A DNA stretch of 64,000 nucleotides from Phycisphaerae bacterium (GCA_963675745.2 CAXXWX010000026.1:160001-224000); one strand, 5' to 3'. Positions 8,601 through 18,772 are shown, counted from the stretch's first letter. A program made the numbers and translations. The notes: generated from the sequence alone by a model not told the origin.

Positions 8601-10879
8601 CGGTCTGCACGGAGTGTCACGAGCTACACGATCCGCAGAACGCCAACCTGGCGCTGGTGCGTGACGTGATCCGCAATCAGACGCTGAGTACCGACCGGCC
8701 GGTGGTGTTCACGGCGCGCAGCGGCGTTGGCAGCTTTGATGACGGCGACCCGACGGCCAACGACGGCGTCTGCCAGGTGTGTCACACCGGCACGGTGTTC
8801 CACCGTTACGACGGCTCCGGCATCGCGCACTTCGCCGGCGCGGACTGCGCGAGCTGCCATGCGCATGCCGACGGCTTCATCTCCGCCGCCGGCTCGTGCA
8901 TCGCCTGCCACAGCACGCCGCAAGGCACCCGCCTGGCGGTGGTGGCCGCGGACGGCGGTGGCGGGCACCATCTCGACGAAGCCGTGCTCAGCGACGACGA
9001 CTGCCTGGTCTGCCACGACACCAGCGCGCACCAGGAAGGCGTCGTGCGCGTCTGGTCCGACCCGACCAATCCGACGGCGGCGTTGCCGCTGACCGGTGAG
9101 GCGGCGGAACTGGTCCCGTTCTGCGACGCCTGCCACAGCGCGCTGACGCATCCGACGATCCACACGGTGGGCGCGGACTGGGAGCCGGTCTGCACGGAGT
9201 GTCACGAGCTTCACGATCCGCAGAACGCCAACCTGGCGCTGGTGCGTGACGTGATCCACAATCAGACGCTGAGTACCGACCGGCCGGTGGTGTTCACGGC
9301 GCGCACGGGCACCGGCAGCTTCGATGACGGCGACCCGACGGCCAACGACGGCGTCTGCCAGGTGTGTCACACCGACACGGTGTTCCACGTTTACGATGGC
9401 TCCGGGTCGGCGCACTTCGACGGCCAGGACTGTACGAGCTGCCACTCGCACCAGACGCACTTCTTGCTGTCCTTGAGTTCGTGCAGGGACTGCCACACGA
9501 CGATGCAGGACGATGGCGACGGCGTACCGCCGGACGGGCGGCGCGCGGTGCTGGCGGACTTTGCCCGCGCGAGCCACCACGTCTCGGCGAGCATTGCGGA
9601 CGAAGACTGCCTTGTGTGTCACGAGATGTCCCGGCACGGTCGGGGGCATGTGCGGTTGATTGACCCCGACGACGGAGTGACGGTGTATGTTCACGACCAG
9701 CTTGACGCGGATGAATTGACGCCGTTCTGCCTGCATTGCCATGACGCGAACGGCGCCACCGCCGGCAACTGGAATCAACCATTCAGCGACGGCGCGACGG
9801 TCCCGGACATCGATCAGTCAGGACGCTGGGCCACGTCGGCGCACGCGACCGGCGGAACAACGAATCCCGGGCAAGGCTGCACCGACTGCCACGGCAACGG
9901 CCACGGCTCCAATCTTCGCCACCTGCTACTGCCCGCGGACGGCTCACCAGGCACGGATAATACAAACGAGGAAGAGGGATTCTGCCTGGCGTGCCACTCA
10001 ACCGGCGTAGTCGTGAACGAAGCCGTCTCGAACGGCTGGTTCGGCGGGGTGTACGCGGACTTCACAAACGACATCGCCGCGACGCTCGGCCAGCATGCAT
10101 CACACCCGGTTGTCGATTCCGCGGATGGGCACGTCTTCGACCTGGGGCTGGGGCCGCAGGAGCTTGAGTGCACCTCTTGCCACAGCGTGCACCAGGACTC
10201 CGGCAAATACTGGGCGGCACCCAACGGGAAGACGCCGGTAACGCGCTGGGGGAGTGGCGAACTCTGGGGCGACGACGCGGGCGAAAAGGTCGGGCAGTTT
10301 GATCCGACTGGGATTTACCAGGCGCCGGCGATCGGTGAAGCGGGTTCCAACCTCTCCGGCGACCCGCTTCCGATCGGATTCGATGACGAGTCGCTGCTCA
10401 CCGCGGATGTGCTTCCGGATTACAACGCGTTCTGCCTGACCTGCCATCAGCACGCGTTCAACGGGCTCTTGGCGATCGACTGGGCGAGTGAAAAGCACGG
10501 CGCGGCCGCCGCTGAACCCGACGGACCGGCCGGTGCTGAGCTGGCAGCGCCATATGATTCGGCGGAGCGGGGCCACTATTTCCTGGCGTGCGTTGACTGT
10601 CACGAAACGCACGGCAGCGAGAACAACTGGCTGCTGAGGCGATCCGCGAATGGAGATGTCGTGTCCACGCTGTTAGCGCCGGACACAACGAACAACTGGG
10701 GTGACTTGTGTGGCAGGTGCCACCTAACCAGCCTGCTGAACACCCACCACAATAGTGACGTCTGGCGTAACAAGCTCGGCATGCCTCCGGGCAGCCCGGA
10801 TTGCCAGCGCTGCCACGAACCCGTACCCGAGGTGAGCTGCATGACGTCCGGATGCCACAACCACAACGAGTTCTTCTGA
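5684..10879 (+). CDS. giant multiheme c-type cytochrome lipoprotein (46 CxxCH + 1 CX4CH), about 1730 aa
   Basis: GTG 5684 follows GGGAGAG (alternative start ATG 5729). Hydrophobic signal ends in lipobox LIAGC, followed by a Pro/Thr/Asp linker. Heme motifs: 4 N-terminal, 5x6 in repeats, 12 C-terminal and a terminal CMTSGCH. Confidence 0.92.
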   Translation: MNLIRLRHPPSSVTRMLVTHLIVMLVLIAGCPRVSTPTAPVAPSDPATTGNDQNTGPAPTTPADETPSHPAPNEGDLSPGAEPTDTDPNNPAVADTQPGCIVCHALAQGDRRAVATLSGASAHLGTVTDAICQNCHEMTRHRSGVIRLWGSVAVKSVVLSISNDADAPTDLTAFCGNCHANTGDFRHPSDGRITCNSCHDVHAPLRGNLALIRQSVLNPTGRGTTKVVFTARSGVGSFDDGDPAANDGVCQVCHTGTVFHRYDGSGIAHFAGADCASCHSHADGFISGAGSCIACHSTPQGTRLAVVAADGGGGHHLDEAVLSDDDCLVCHDTSAHQEGVVRVWSDPTNPTAALPLTGEAAELVSFCDACHSALTHPTIHTVGADWEPVCTECHELHDPQNANLALVRDVIHNQTLSADRPVVFTARTGGGSFDDGDPAANDGVCQVCHTGTVFHRYDGSGIAHFAGADCASCHAHADGFISAAGSCIACHSTPQGTRLAVVAADGGGGHHLDEAVLSDDDCLVCHDTSAHQEGVVRVWSDPTNPTAALPLTGDSAELVPFCDACHSALTHPTIHTVGADWEPVCTECHELHDPQNANLALVRDVIHNQTLSADRPVVFTARTGTGSFDDGDPAANDGVCQVCHTGTVFHRYDGSGIAHFAGADCASCHAHADGFISAAGSCIACHSTPQGTRLAVVAADGSGGHHLDEAVLSDDDCLVCHDTSAHQEGIVRVWSDPTNPTAALPLTGEAAELVSFCDACHSALTHPTIHTVGADWEPVCTECHELHDPQNANLALVRDVIHNQTLSADRPVVFTARTGTGSFDDGDPAANDGVCQVCHTGTVFHRYDGSGIAHFAGADCASCHAHADGFISAAGSCIACHSTPQGTRLAVVAADGSGGHHLDEAVLSDDDCLVCHDTSAHQEGIVRVWSDPTNPTAALPLTGEAAELVSFCDACHSALTHPTIHTVGADWEPVCTECHELHDPQNANLALVRDVIRNQTLSTDRPVVFTARSGVGSFDDGDPTANDGVCQVCHTGTVFHRYDGSGIAHFAGADCASCHAHADGFISAAGSCIACHSTPQGTRLAVVAADGGGGHHLDEAVLSDDDCLVCHDTSAHQEGVVRVWSDPTNPTAALPLTGEAAELVPFCDACHSALTHPTIHTVGADWEPVCTECHELHDPQNANLALVRDVIHNQTLSTDRPVVFTARTGTGSFDDGDPTANDGVCQVCHTDTVFHVYDGSGSAHFDGQDCTSCHSHQTHFLLSLSSCRDCHTTMQDDGDGVPPDGRRAVLADFARASHHVSASIADEDCLVCHEMSRHGRGHVRLIDPDDGVTVYVHDQLDADELTPFCLHCHDANGATAGNWNQPFSDGATVPDIDQSGRWATSAHATGGTTNPGQGCTDCHGNGHGSNLRHLLLPADGSPGTDNTNEEEGFCLACHSTGVVVNEAVSNGWFGGVYADFTNDIAATLGQHASHPVVDSADGHVFDLGLGPQELECTSCHSVHQDSGKYWAAPNGKTPVTRWGSGELWGDDAGEKVGQFDPTGIYQAPAIGEAGSNLSGDPLPIGFDDESLLTADVLPDYNAFCLTCHQHAFNGLLAIDWASEKHGAAAAEPDGPAGAELAAPYDSAERGHYFLACVDCHETHGSENNWLLRRSANGDVVSTLLAPDTTNNWGDLCGRCHLTSLLNTHHNSDVWRNKLGMPPGSPDCQRCHEPVPEVSCMTSGCHNHNEFF
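6361..9450 (+). repeat. 585-bp (195-aa, hexaheme) tandem repeat, 5 full copies plus a partial sixth
   Basis: Copies start at 6361, 6946, 7531, 8116, 8701 and 9286 (ggtggtgttcacggcgcgca). The ORF-track shadow ORFs recur every 585 bp. Confidence 0.97.
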
Positions 10880-11006
10880 AAGCCCGAAGTCCATTCAGCC
10901 GCCGACGTATTGCCGTGCGGCGGACGCCGGTGACCCCGCATCGCGGTAACGAGCAACGATAAGCATGGGCAGGCACAGGAACCGGGTGGCCACGTCCTGC
11001 GCGCGG

Positions 11007-11219
11007 TTACGGCTGCACTTCGGCACAATCGATCAGTTCGCCGTTACGGTAGCAGAGCGTTTCCGTCGTAGTGAACATGGTCAGGTCACGCAGCAGCCAG
11101 CCGGCACCGAAGCTCGCCAGGTGCGATCCGACCAGCCACTCGGTGCAGCCGGTCGTTGCGCCAAGCAGGGTGACGGCGGCGACCGTCGCCACAAGCCATG
11201 TCTTTAGTCCGCGTCGCAT
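11007..11219 (-). CDS. small lipoprotein (70 aa), hypothetical
   Basis: MRRGLKTWLVATVAAVTLLGATTGC gives a basic N-region, hydrophobic core and lipobox-like TTGC. GGAG RBS present. The C-terminal Cys pair is CYRNGELIDC. Confidence 0.65.
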   Translation of the reverse strand: MRRGLKTWLVATVAAVTLLGATTGCTEWLVGSHLASFGAGWLLRDLTMFTTTETLCYRNGELIDCAEVQP

Positions 11220-11360
11220 TTTCGACTCCTGTCGCCTGGTCCGGCAGGTCTTATTCAGCCCCTGCGTGTTTCGCCGACGCCTGCTTGTGTGGGGCGGCGA
11301 CCGGCCCGAATACCGCCAATCTGCCGCAAACATCCATCCGCTCGGCGTCCTTGTCGTGTC

Positions 11361-14300
11361 CTAACGCCGATACGCGGCCCGGCGGCTGCGCCTCCGGTTA
11401 TGTCGCTTCAAGCCAACCAGCCCAAACAACACAAAGATCGGCATGATACCCAGCATGCCGCAGGCGTTAATCGGCGTGACGGTCTCAACAATGGTCAAGT
11501 CAACATCATCGACGTCGACCTCGGCCATGGTTTGGGCGGCGTTCGGTGTGGGTGTTTCCTCACAGGTGGTGCTTGCGTTCACAGTGACTTTGCCGGACAC
11601 GAGCAGTCTGAGCACCAGTTCGATCTGAACATCCTCGTCCGGGATGACGTCGCCGAGCTCGATCGTAATCTGGCCATCTTCAACATAAGCGTTGAGCGGC
11701 ATCGCCTGCGCCGCCTGTCCGGCGATCCACCACGCGGAGACGAATTCCGTATTCTCCGGCAGCGGGATTGTCAGCAGGACGTCAGTGGCAGTGCCGTTGC
11801 CGACATTCTCGACCGAGGCACCAAATGTCACTTCATCGCCGACGTAGGCATCTTCGGCGGGCGCGTCAATCCGTACGCGGAGGTCGGGTGCGGGATTGAC
11901 TGGCGGTGGTGTCTCCTCGACCGAGGTTGTGAACACAACGTCGTCGCCATACACCGTACCGGCGCTGTTGGTGGCGTAGGCGGCGACGTAGTAGGTCGTG
12001 TTTGGGTCCAGGCCGGTGATGTTACTGGCAAATACGCCGGTGCCGGTGCCATCCGTGGTCTTGTCGTCGTCGATGGTCGGATTGGTGAACGTGCTCCAGC
12101 ACACGCCACGCGTTGTGACCGCGTCACCGCCGTCGGCGGTAACATTGCCACCGGCATCGGCGGTCGTCGTGGTAATGTTGGAGATCACGGTCGTCGTTAC
12201 CGTCGGCGCGGCGTCCGCCGTGAACGACACTTGGCTACCATAGCTGGTACCGATGGCGTTCGTGGCATACGCCCGGACATAGTATGTCGTGCCGGCGGTC
12301 AGCCCTGTGATGGTGCTGGTGAACTCGCCGGTACCCGTGCCGTCAGTAGTCTTGCTGTCAGCGGTGGTCGGACTTTCCGACATGCTCCAGCACACACCGC
12401 GGACGCTGACATCGGCTCCGCCGTCATCAGCCACGGCGCCCCCCGATCGTGCAGATGTAATCGTGATGTCCGACACCGCGGCGGTTGTCACGGTCGCGAC
12501 CGTGGTGAGAGCGGCCGTGGTGAGGCTGACCTCATCACCATACGCCGTTCCCGCGGCGTTGGTCGCGTAGGCTCGGACGTAGTAAGTCGTGCCGGCGGTC
12601 AGGTCCGGTGATACTGCTCGTGAACTCTCCGGTGCCCGTACCGTCGGTCGTCTTGCTGTCAGCCGTGGTCGGGTTCTCCGACGTGCTCCAGCAAACACCA
12701 CGCGCTGTCACCGCATCGCCACCGTCGTCTGTGACATTACCGCCCGAGTCAGCGGCTGTCTCAGTGATGTTGGAGACCGCCGTCGTCGTCACCGTCGGCG
12801 CACTGTCAGCCGTGAACGAGACTTGGCTGCCGTAGCTGGTGCCGACGGCGTTCGTGGCGTACGCCCGGACATAGTACGTCGTCCCGGCGGTCAGGCCGGT
12901 GATACTGCTCGTGAACTCACCGGTTCCCGTACCGTCGGTCGTCTTGCTGTCGGCGGTCGTCGGACTCTCCGACGTGCTCCAGCAAACGCCACGCGCTGTC
13001 ACCGCGTCGCCGCCTTCGTCGTCACGTTGCCACCCGAGTCGGCGGTGGCATCGGCGACGTTGGATACGGCTGTGGTAGTTACGGTCGGCAGCGAATCTGC
13101 CGTAAACGACACTTGGCTGCCGTAGCTGGTGCCGACGGCGTTCGTCGCGTAAGCCCGAACGTAGTAAGTCGTCCCGGCGGTCAGCCCGATGATACTGCTC
13201 GTGAACTCGCCGGTTCCCGTACCGTCGGTCGTCTTGCTGTCAGCGGTCGTCGGGCTCTCCGACGTGCTCCAGCAAACGCCACGCGCCGTGACCGCGTCGC
13301 CGCCATCGTCGGTGATGTTGCCGCCCGAGTCGGCGGCTGTCTCGGTAATGTTCGAGATCGCCGTCGTCGTCACGGTCGGCGCACTGTCGGACGTAAACGA
13401 GACCTGGCTGCCGTAGCTCGTGCCGACAGCGTTGGTCGCGTAGGCCCGAACGTAGTAAGTCGTCCCGGCGGTCAGCCCGGTGATGCTGCTGGTGAACTCG
13501 CCGGTTCCCGTGCCGTCGGTCGTCTTGCTGTCGACGGTGGTCGGACTCTCCGACGTACTCCAGCAAACGCCGCGCGCTGTAACCGTGTCGCCACCTTCGT
13601 CCGTCACGTTGCCACCCGAGTCGGCGGTGGTATCGGCGACGTTGGATACGGCTGTGGTAGTTACGGTCGGCAGCGAATCTGCCGTAAACGAGACTTGGCT
13701 GCCGTAGCTGGTGCCGACGGCATTGGTCGCGTAGGCTCGGACGTGGTAAGTCGTGCCCGCGGTTAGGTCGGTGATACTGCTGGTGAACTCACCGGTTCGC
13801 CATCGGTCGTCTTGCTGTCGGCGATCGTCGGGCTCTCTGACGTGCCAGTGACGGCATCGCCGCCGTCGTCCGTGACGTTGGTCACGTCACCGTCGGTGCC
13901 GAATCCGCCGTGAATGAGACTTGGCTGCCATAGCTCGTGCCGACGGCGTTCGTGGCGTACGCCCGGACATAGTACGTCGTGCCGGCGGCTCAGGCCGGTG
14001 ATACTGCTCGTGAACTCGCCGGTCCCCGTGCCATCGGTCGTCTTGCTGTCGGCGGTGGTCGGGCTCTCTGACGTGCTCCAGCACACACCACGTGCCGTAA
14101 CCGCGTCGCCGCCATCGTCGTCACGTTGCCACCCGAGTCGGCCGTCGTCTCTGTGATGTTCGAGATCGCCGTCGTCGTCACCGTCGGTGCGCACTGTCCG
14201 CCGTGAACGAGACCTGGCTGCCGTAGCTCGTACCGACGGCGTTCGTGGCGTACGCCCGAACATAGTACGTCGTGCCGGCCGTCAGACCCGTGATGCTGCT

Positions 14301-17300
14301 CGTGAACACGCCGGTACCCGTGCCGTCGGTCGTCTTGCTGTCGGCGGTGGTCGGACTCTCCGACGTGCTCCAGCAAACGCCACGCGCCGTGACCGCGTCG
14401 CCACCATCGTCCGTCACGTTACCACCCGAATCAGCCGTCGTTTCGGTGATGTTCGTGATCGCGGTGGTGGTCACCGTCGGCGCCGAATCCGCCGTGAACG
14501 AGACCTGGCTGCCGTAGCTCGTACCGACGGCGTTCGTGGCGTACGCCCGAACATAGTACGTCGTGCCGGCCGTCAGACCCGTGATGCTGCTCGTGAACTC
14601 GCCGGTACCCGTGCCGTCGGTCGTCTTGCTGTCGGCGGTGGTCGGACTCTCCGACGTGCTCCAGCAAACGCCGCGCGCCGTGACCGTGTCGCCACCATCG
14701 TCGGTAACGTTACCACCCGAATCAGCCGTCGTTTCGGTGATGTTCGTGATCGCGGTGGTGGTCACCGTCGGCGCCGAATCCGCCGTGAATGAGACTTGGC
14801 TGCCATAGCTCGTACCGACGGCGTTCGTGGCGTACGCCCGAACATAGTACGTCGTGCCGGCCGTCAGACCCGTGATGCTGCTCGTGAACTCACCGGTTCC
14901 CGTGCCATCGGTCGTCTTGCTGTCGGCGGTGGTCGGACTCTCCGACGTGCTCCAGCAAACGCCACGCGCCGTGACCGTATCGCCGCCATCGTCGGTAACG
15001 TTACCACCCGAATCAGCCGTCGTTTCGGTGATGTTCGTGATCGCGGTGGTGGTCACCGTCGGCGCCGAATCCGCCGTGAATGAGACTTGGCTGCCATAGC
15101 TCGTGCCGACGGCGTTCGTCGCATAAGCCCGAACGTAATAAGTCGTCCCTGCGGATAGTCCAGTGATACTGCTCGTGAACTCACCGGTTCCCGTACCGTC
15201 GGTCGTCTTGCTGTCGGCGGTGGTCGGGCTCTCTGACGTGCTCCAGCAAACGCCGCGCGCCGTGACCGCATCGCCACCGTCATCCGTCACATTCCCGCCC
15301 GAGTCGGCCGTCGTCGCTGTGATGTTCGAGACGGCTGTGGTGGTCACGGTTGGCAGCGCGCTGACTGTCACATCGCGCGTATCTGTGATTTGCACCGCCG
15401 GATCACCCGCCATACCGCCGTATTCCACCACATATCCATCAAGGATGGGATCGTCGGGCAGATCGTTCCACTTTCCACCGCCGGAGGAATAAATCTCGGC
15501 GCAGTGCTCATTGCCGCCGCTGTTGTTGGGCTCCCCTGGATTCCAATTGGCAAACTGGCCGCCGACCGGCGTGCTGCCGTTCGAGAATTGCGTCCCGGCC
15601 TCGGGGCCGGTCACCCACTTCCAGACGCCCTCCACGGTTTCATCACTGCCGCCAATCCACGCGTCCGCGGCCAACTTCAGCGTAATGAAGTCGTTCTCTT
15701 CCTGCGAGGTGATGGTGGCAAGATAGCCCTGCATGCCGAACAAGGCGCTGGCGGCCGCGGCGTCCCGGGCGTCGCTCCAAGTGATCTCGTCGCTGGCGGC
15801 GTACTCGTAGAAGTGCGTGGTGCTGCCCAGTGGAATCGCCCCGCCCGCGGTGAAGGCGATCGTGCGCGTGGCCCGGCTGGCCGAGGTCGAGCTGAATGTG
15901 ACCGTGCGCAACAAGGTCTGCCAATCAGCGGCGCTGGCGGTTCCGCTGAATGAGAGGATGCCGGTGGTACCGCTGTACGACGCCGTGACGCCGCCCGGCA
16001 GCGCTCCGGTGTACGCGAGCACGTCATCCGTGTCGAAGTTGGTGGTGATGCTGACCATGAAGTCGGTGATGTCGCTGGCGACGATCTCGAGGTCGGGATC
16101 CACCGCAGCAGCGTCCCCGCCAATGAAGTAGTCCGCCGAGCCACCAGATGCTGTCACGGAGATGCCGGTAGTGAACTCGATCTCGCTGCCGTAAGCAGTG
16201 CCGACGCTGCTGGTGGCGTATGCGCGAACATAGTACGTCGTGCCGGCCGCCAGTCCGGTGATGCTGCTGGTGAACTCGCCGGTGCCGGTGCCGTCAGTCG
16301 TCTTGTCATCGCCAATGGTCGGATTGGTCGATGTGCTCCAGCACACGCCCCGAGCGCTGACGGTCTCGCCGCCGTCGTCGGTGACATTACCGCCCGAGGT
16401 AGCTGTTGTGGTGGTGATCTCCGTCACGGCGGCCGTGGTGACCGTCGGGACGGCGTTGGTCGTGAACGACACCTGGCTGCCGTAGCTCGTACCGACGCTG
16501 TTGGTGGCATAGGCCCGTACGTAGTAGGTCGTGCCCGTGGTCAGGCCGGTGATGCTGCTGGTGAACTCGCCGGTGCCCGTGCCATCGGTCGTCTTGCTGT
16601 CAGCAGTGGTCGGGCTCTCTGATGTGCTCCAGCACACGCCACGGGCCGTAACCGTGTCACCGCCGTCGGCAACGACGTCACCGCCGCCCGTAGCTGAGGT
16701 AGCGGCGATGTTACTGATGGCGGCGGTGTCCACGGTCGGAGCCTGGATGATCTCGCCCCCGTACACGGTGCAGAAGATCTCCCCGCCCTGCTCGTACACT
16801 GCGACGATATCGCCATACCGGTTGTTCAGCCCCAAACTGAGATAGTTGGCGCTGGCGATGGTGACGGCGTCGTCAAACGACGCGCCATTGTCAGTGCTGA
16901 TGGCGTATTTGACGCTGGCGCCGTCCACGTACCCGTCGATCACGTTGGAAAACGCGTCGACGGCCAACGTGCGTCCCTGACTGATCGAAGTGGTGCCAAA
17001 GGTCAGCGCCGTTTGCGAGTAGTCCGATACATCGATGCGCAGCGCGTCGCTGCCGCTGCCGCATGTGTAGAGGAAGACTCCGCCGTCGGTGGACGCCAAA
17101 ACGGTGGTGGAATACATGATCGAACCACCGGGTGTGTATGGCCCACTAAACGTGGCTCCATGGTCGGTGCTCTTGAAGACGTAGACTGTCGGGTCATCAG
17201 TCTGAACGTAGACGTCGCCCGTATCGGGATCAACGTGTACGTCGGCATACATACGCCAATCGTCCACCGTGGTCGTGCTGAACGCCCCAGAGCCGTTGCT

Positions 17301-17780
17301 GCCGTTGCGGAAGAGGGTCGCCCCATCCCTGGTTATGATGTACACATATGGGGAATCCACGGCCATGTGGACGGTGCTGGAGGCGGCCCCAAGGCTGCTC
17401 GGCGCGCTGAACGACACGCCGTTATCCGTGCTGCGTGAGAAGGTCGCCTGACCACCCTCGACCCAGGCGACGTGTACAACGCCGTCAGCGTCGACGGCAA
17501 TCTCGGCTTCCGCCGACGACGCATTGACCTGCACCGGAGCCTGGAAGCTCTCGCCGCGATTGGTGCTCCGCGCCACCCAGATGCCGCTGGGGTTGCGGTA
17601 CAGGACATAGATGGTCCCGTCCGGTGCCATCGCGACATTGCGACTCGTGTTCGGATATGCGATGCTGTTGGACGTTCCACTATCGGAAACCGGCACGTCG
17701 GCATAGAGCACTTCGGCCTGAGCCGTTGCCGCCAGCTCCAGGGCAACCAGGACCGCCCCCACCAGGTGTCGTGAAGTCAC
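11361..17780 (-). CDS. large surface/adhesin-like protein: BNR beta-propeller, about 14 FN3-like repeats, C-type lectin domain, DUF11-like domain, C-terminal CG-TM-basic anchor; split by several frameshifts
   Basis: Track ORFs 14178-18110, 13763-14263, 12999-13607, 12535-13002 and 11361-12701 are pieces of one repeat array. Start GTG 17780 follows GGAG, with a signal ending ATAQA. Asp-boxes (STNRGESF, STDNGVSF, STDHGATF), lectin motifs (WIGG, EPNN, WND) and a tail CGMLGIMPIFVLFGLVGLKRHNRRRSRR. Confidence 0.8.
11930..16745 (-). repeat. 291-bp (97-aa) FN3-like repeats: 2 copies at about 16170-16745, then about 12 copies at about 11930-15356
   Basis: Unit PTVTTTA...GGNVTDDGG..VTARGVCWSTSESPT...GLTAGTTYYVRAYATNAVGTSYGSQVSFT. 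Shadow ORFs at 14272, 14563 and 14854 are spaced 291 bp. Confidence 0.92.
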
Positions 17781-18244
17781 TGTCTGTCTCCTTGGTCCAC
17801 AAGTTTGCTCGGCTCGAGTGTCCCTGCTGTGCCATGCCGCAAGCAGCAGGCGCGGCCAGTCCATGAAACAGGATGTTGCCAGAGAGTCCCGCCGCTTAGA
17901 GTGGCCGGTGCGGACAACACAAGTTCGAGCCGCCACAGCCCGTGCAGTGGCAAGAGCCGGACTGTCCCACCGGGCGCCGATCGCACTTCCGCCCTGACGG
18001 CAGCCGTCCTTCGCGTTTCCGCGGTCAGGATCTCTAGTGTCAGATCGGTACCGCAGGCCGGTGCAAAAAGTTGGAGGATTCAACGCGCTGGTTGGAGCAT
18101 CCAGGGGCAAGGTGGCCGGCCGGCTTTCGCAGGCCTAACCAGAAACACGGGGGAAGCATCTGCATGCCTGTGCCGCCGCCCATCAGGGTCTGGTTCAATG
18201 CGTCAACGTCACCTGTCGTGGCAGCAAACGCCCCGCCTGAGATG

Positions 18245-18772
18245 TCATGATCGCCGCTGAGTACTGAGCTGCTCAGTGCGCAACACGGTACCGCATTCCG
18301 GACACTGGGGTCCCGGGCAACCCCTTAGATCGTATCCACATTGAGTACACTGGCCCAGTCGTATCCTGGTGCTCAGCCGACGTTGCCTCCTCCAGACAAT
18401 CAGAACATATAGAGCAGGCTGCACCGCGAGGGCTACGAACAGAAGCCACCAGGGAAGTGCGATTCCGTTCATCACGAAACCGTCTGATTCCGCCGGGTAC
18501 GCCCAGTAAATCGAGAACAGTCCGGTATCCATGGGCTCATCACTGATCCAAGGACCTTCGTGACGTGTGATGACGCGGAAGATGCCATTGCCACAGTCTA
18601 ACGTAAGGTCTGCGTCAGATACCCGTAACCAGAGCATGCCGGTAACGTCGCCAAGACTACTCGCAATCCCCAATGTGCCCACGACGACGAGCGCCAGCAC
18701 GCCAAAGACTGCCAGCCAACGCATAACCGAAGCGACGAACGGCCCTGTAAGCCGATTCATGCGTGAGAACAT
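18245..18772 (-). CDS. membrane protein with C-terminal zinc ribbon
   Basis: Two hydrophobic segments, then CTQCGYDLRGCPGPQCPECG, an architecture common in Phycisphaerae. Confidence 0.75.
   Translation of the reverse strand: MFSRMNRLTGPFVASVMRWLAVFGVLALVVVGTLGIASSLGDVTGMLWLRVSDADLTLDCGNGIFRVITRHEGPWISDEPMDTGLFSIYWAYPAESDGFVMNGIALPWWLLFVALAVQPALYVLIVWRRQRRLSTRIRLGQCTQCGYDLRGCPGPQCPECGTVLRTEQLSTQRRS

Noticed and set aside
5813..9778. Long antisense ORFs (935 aa, 384 aa) and many recurring short ORFs over the cytochrome
   Set aside because: They are shadow frames of a GC-rich repeated coding sequence with no recognisable motifs.
6361..16745. Tandem repeats considered as a CRISPR array or a DGR template/variable pair
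   Set aside because: Units are 585 and 291 bp, in-frame and coding, with no unique spacers. No cas or reverse transcriptase gene is present and no adenine-specific variation was seen.
17790..18240. Possible structured leader (GAAA-loop hairpins) upstream of the adhesin, considered as a c-di-GMP riboswitch
   Set aside because: The consensus elements are not identifiable by eye, and such hairpins are common at this GC content.
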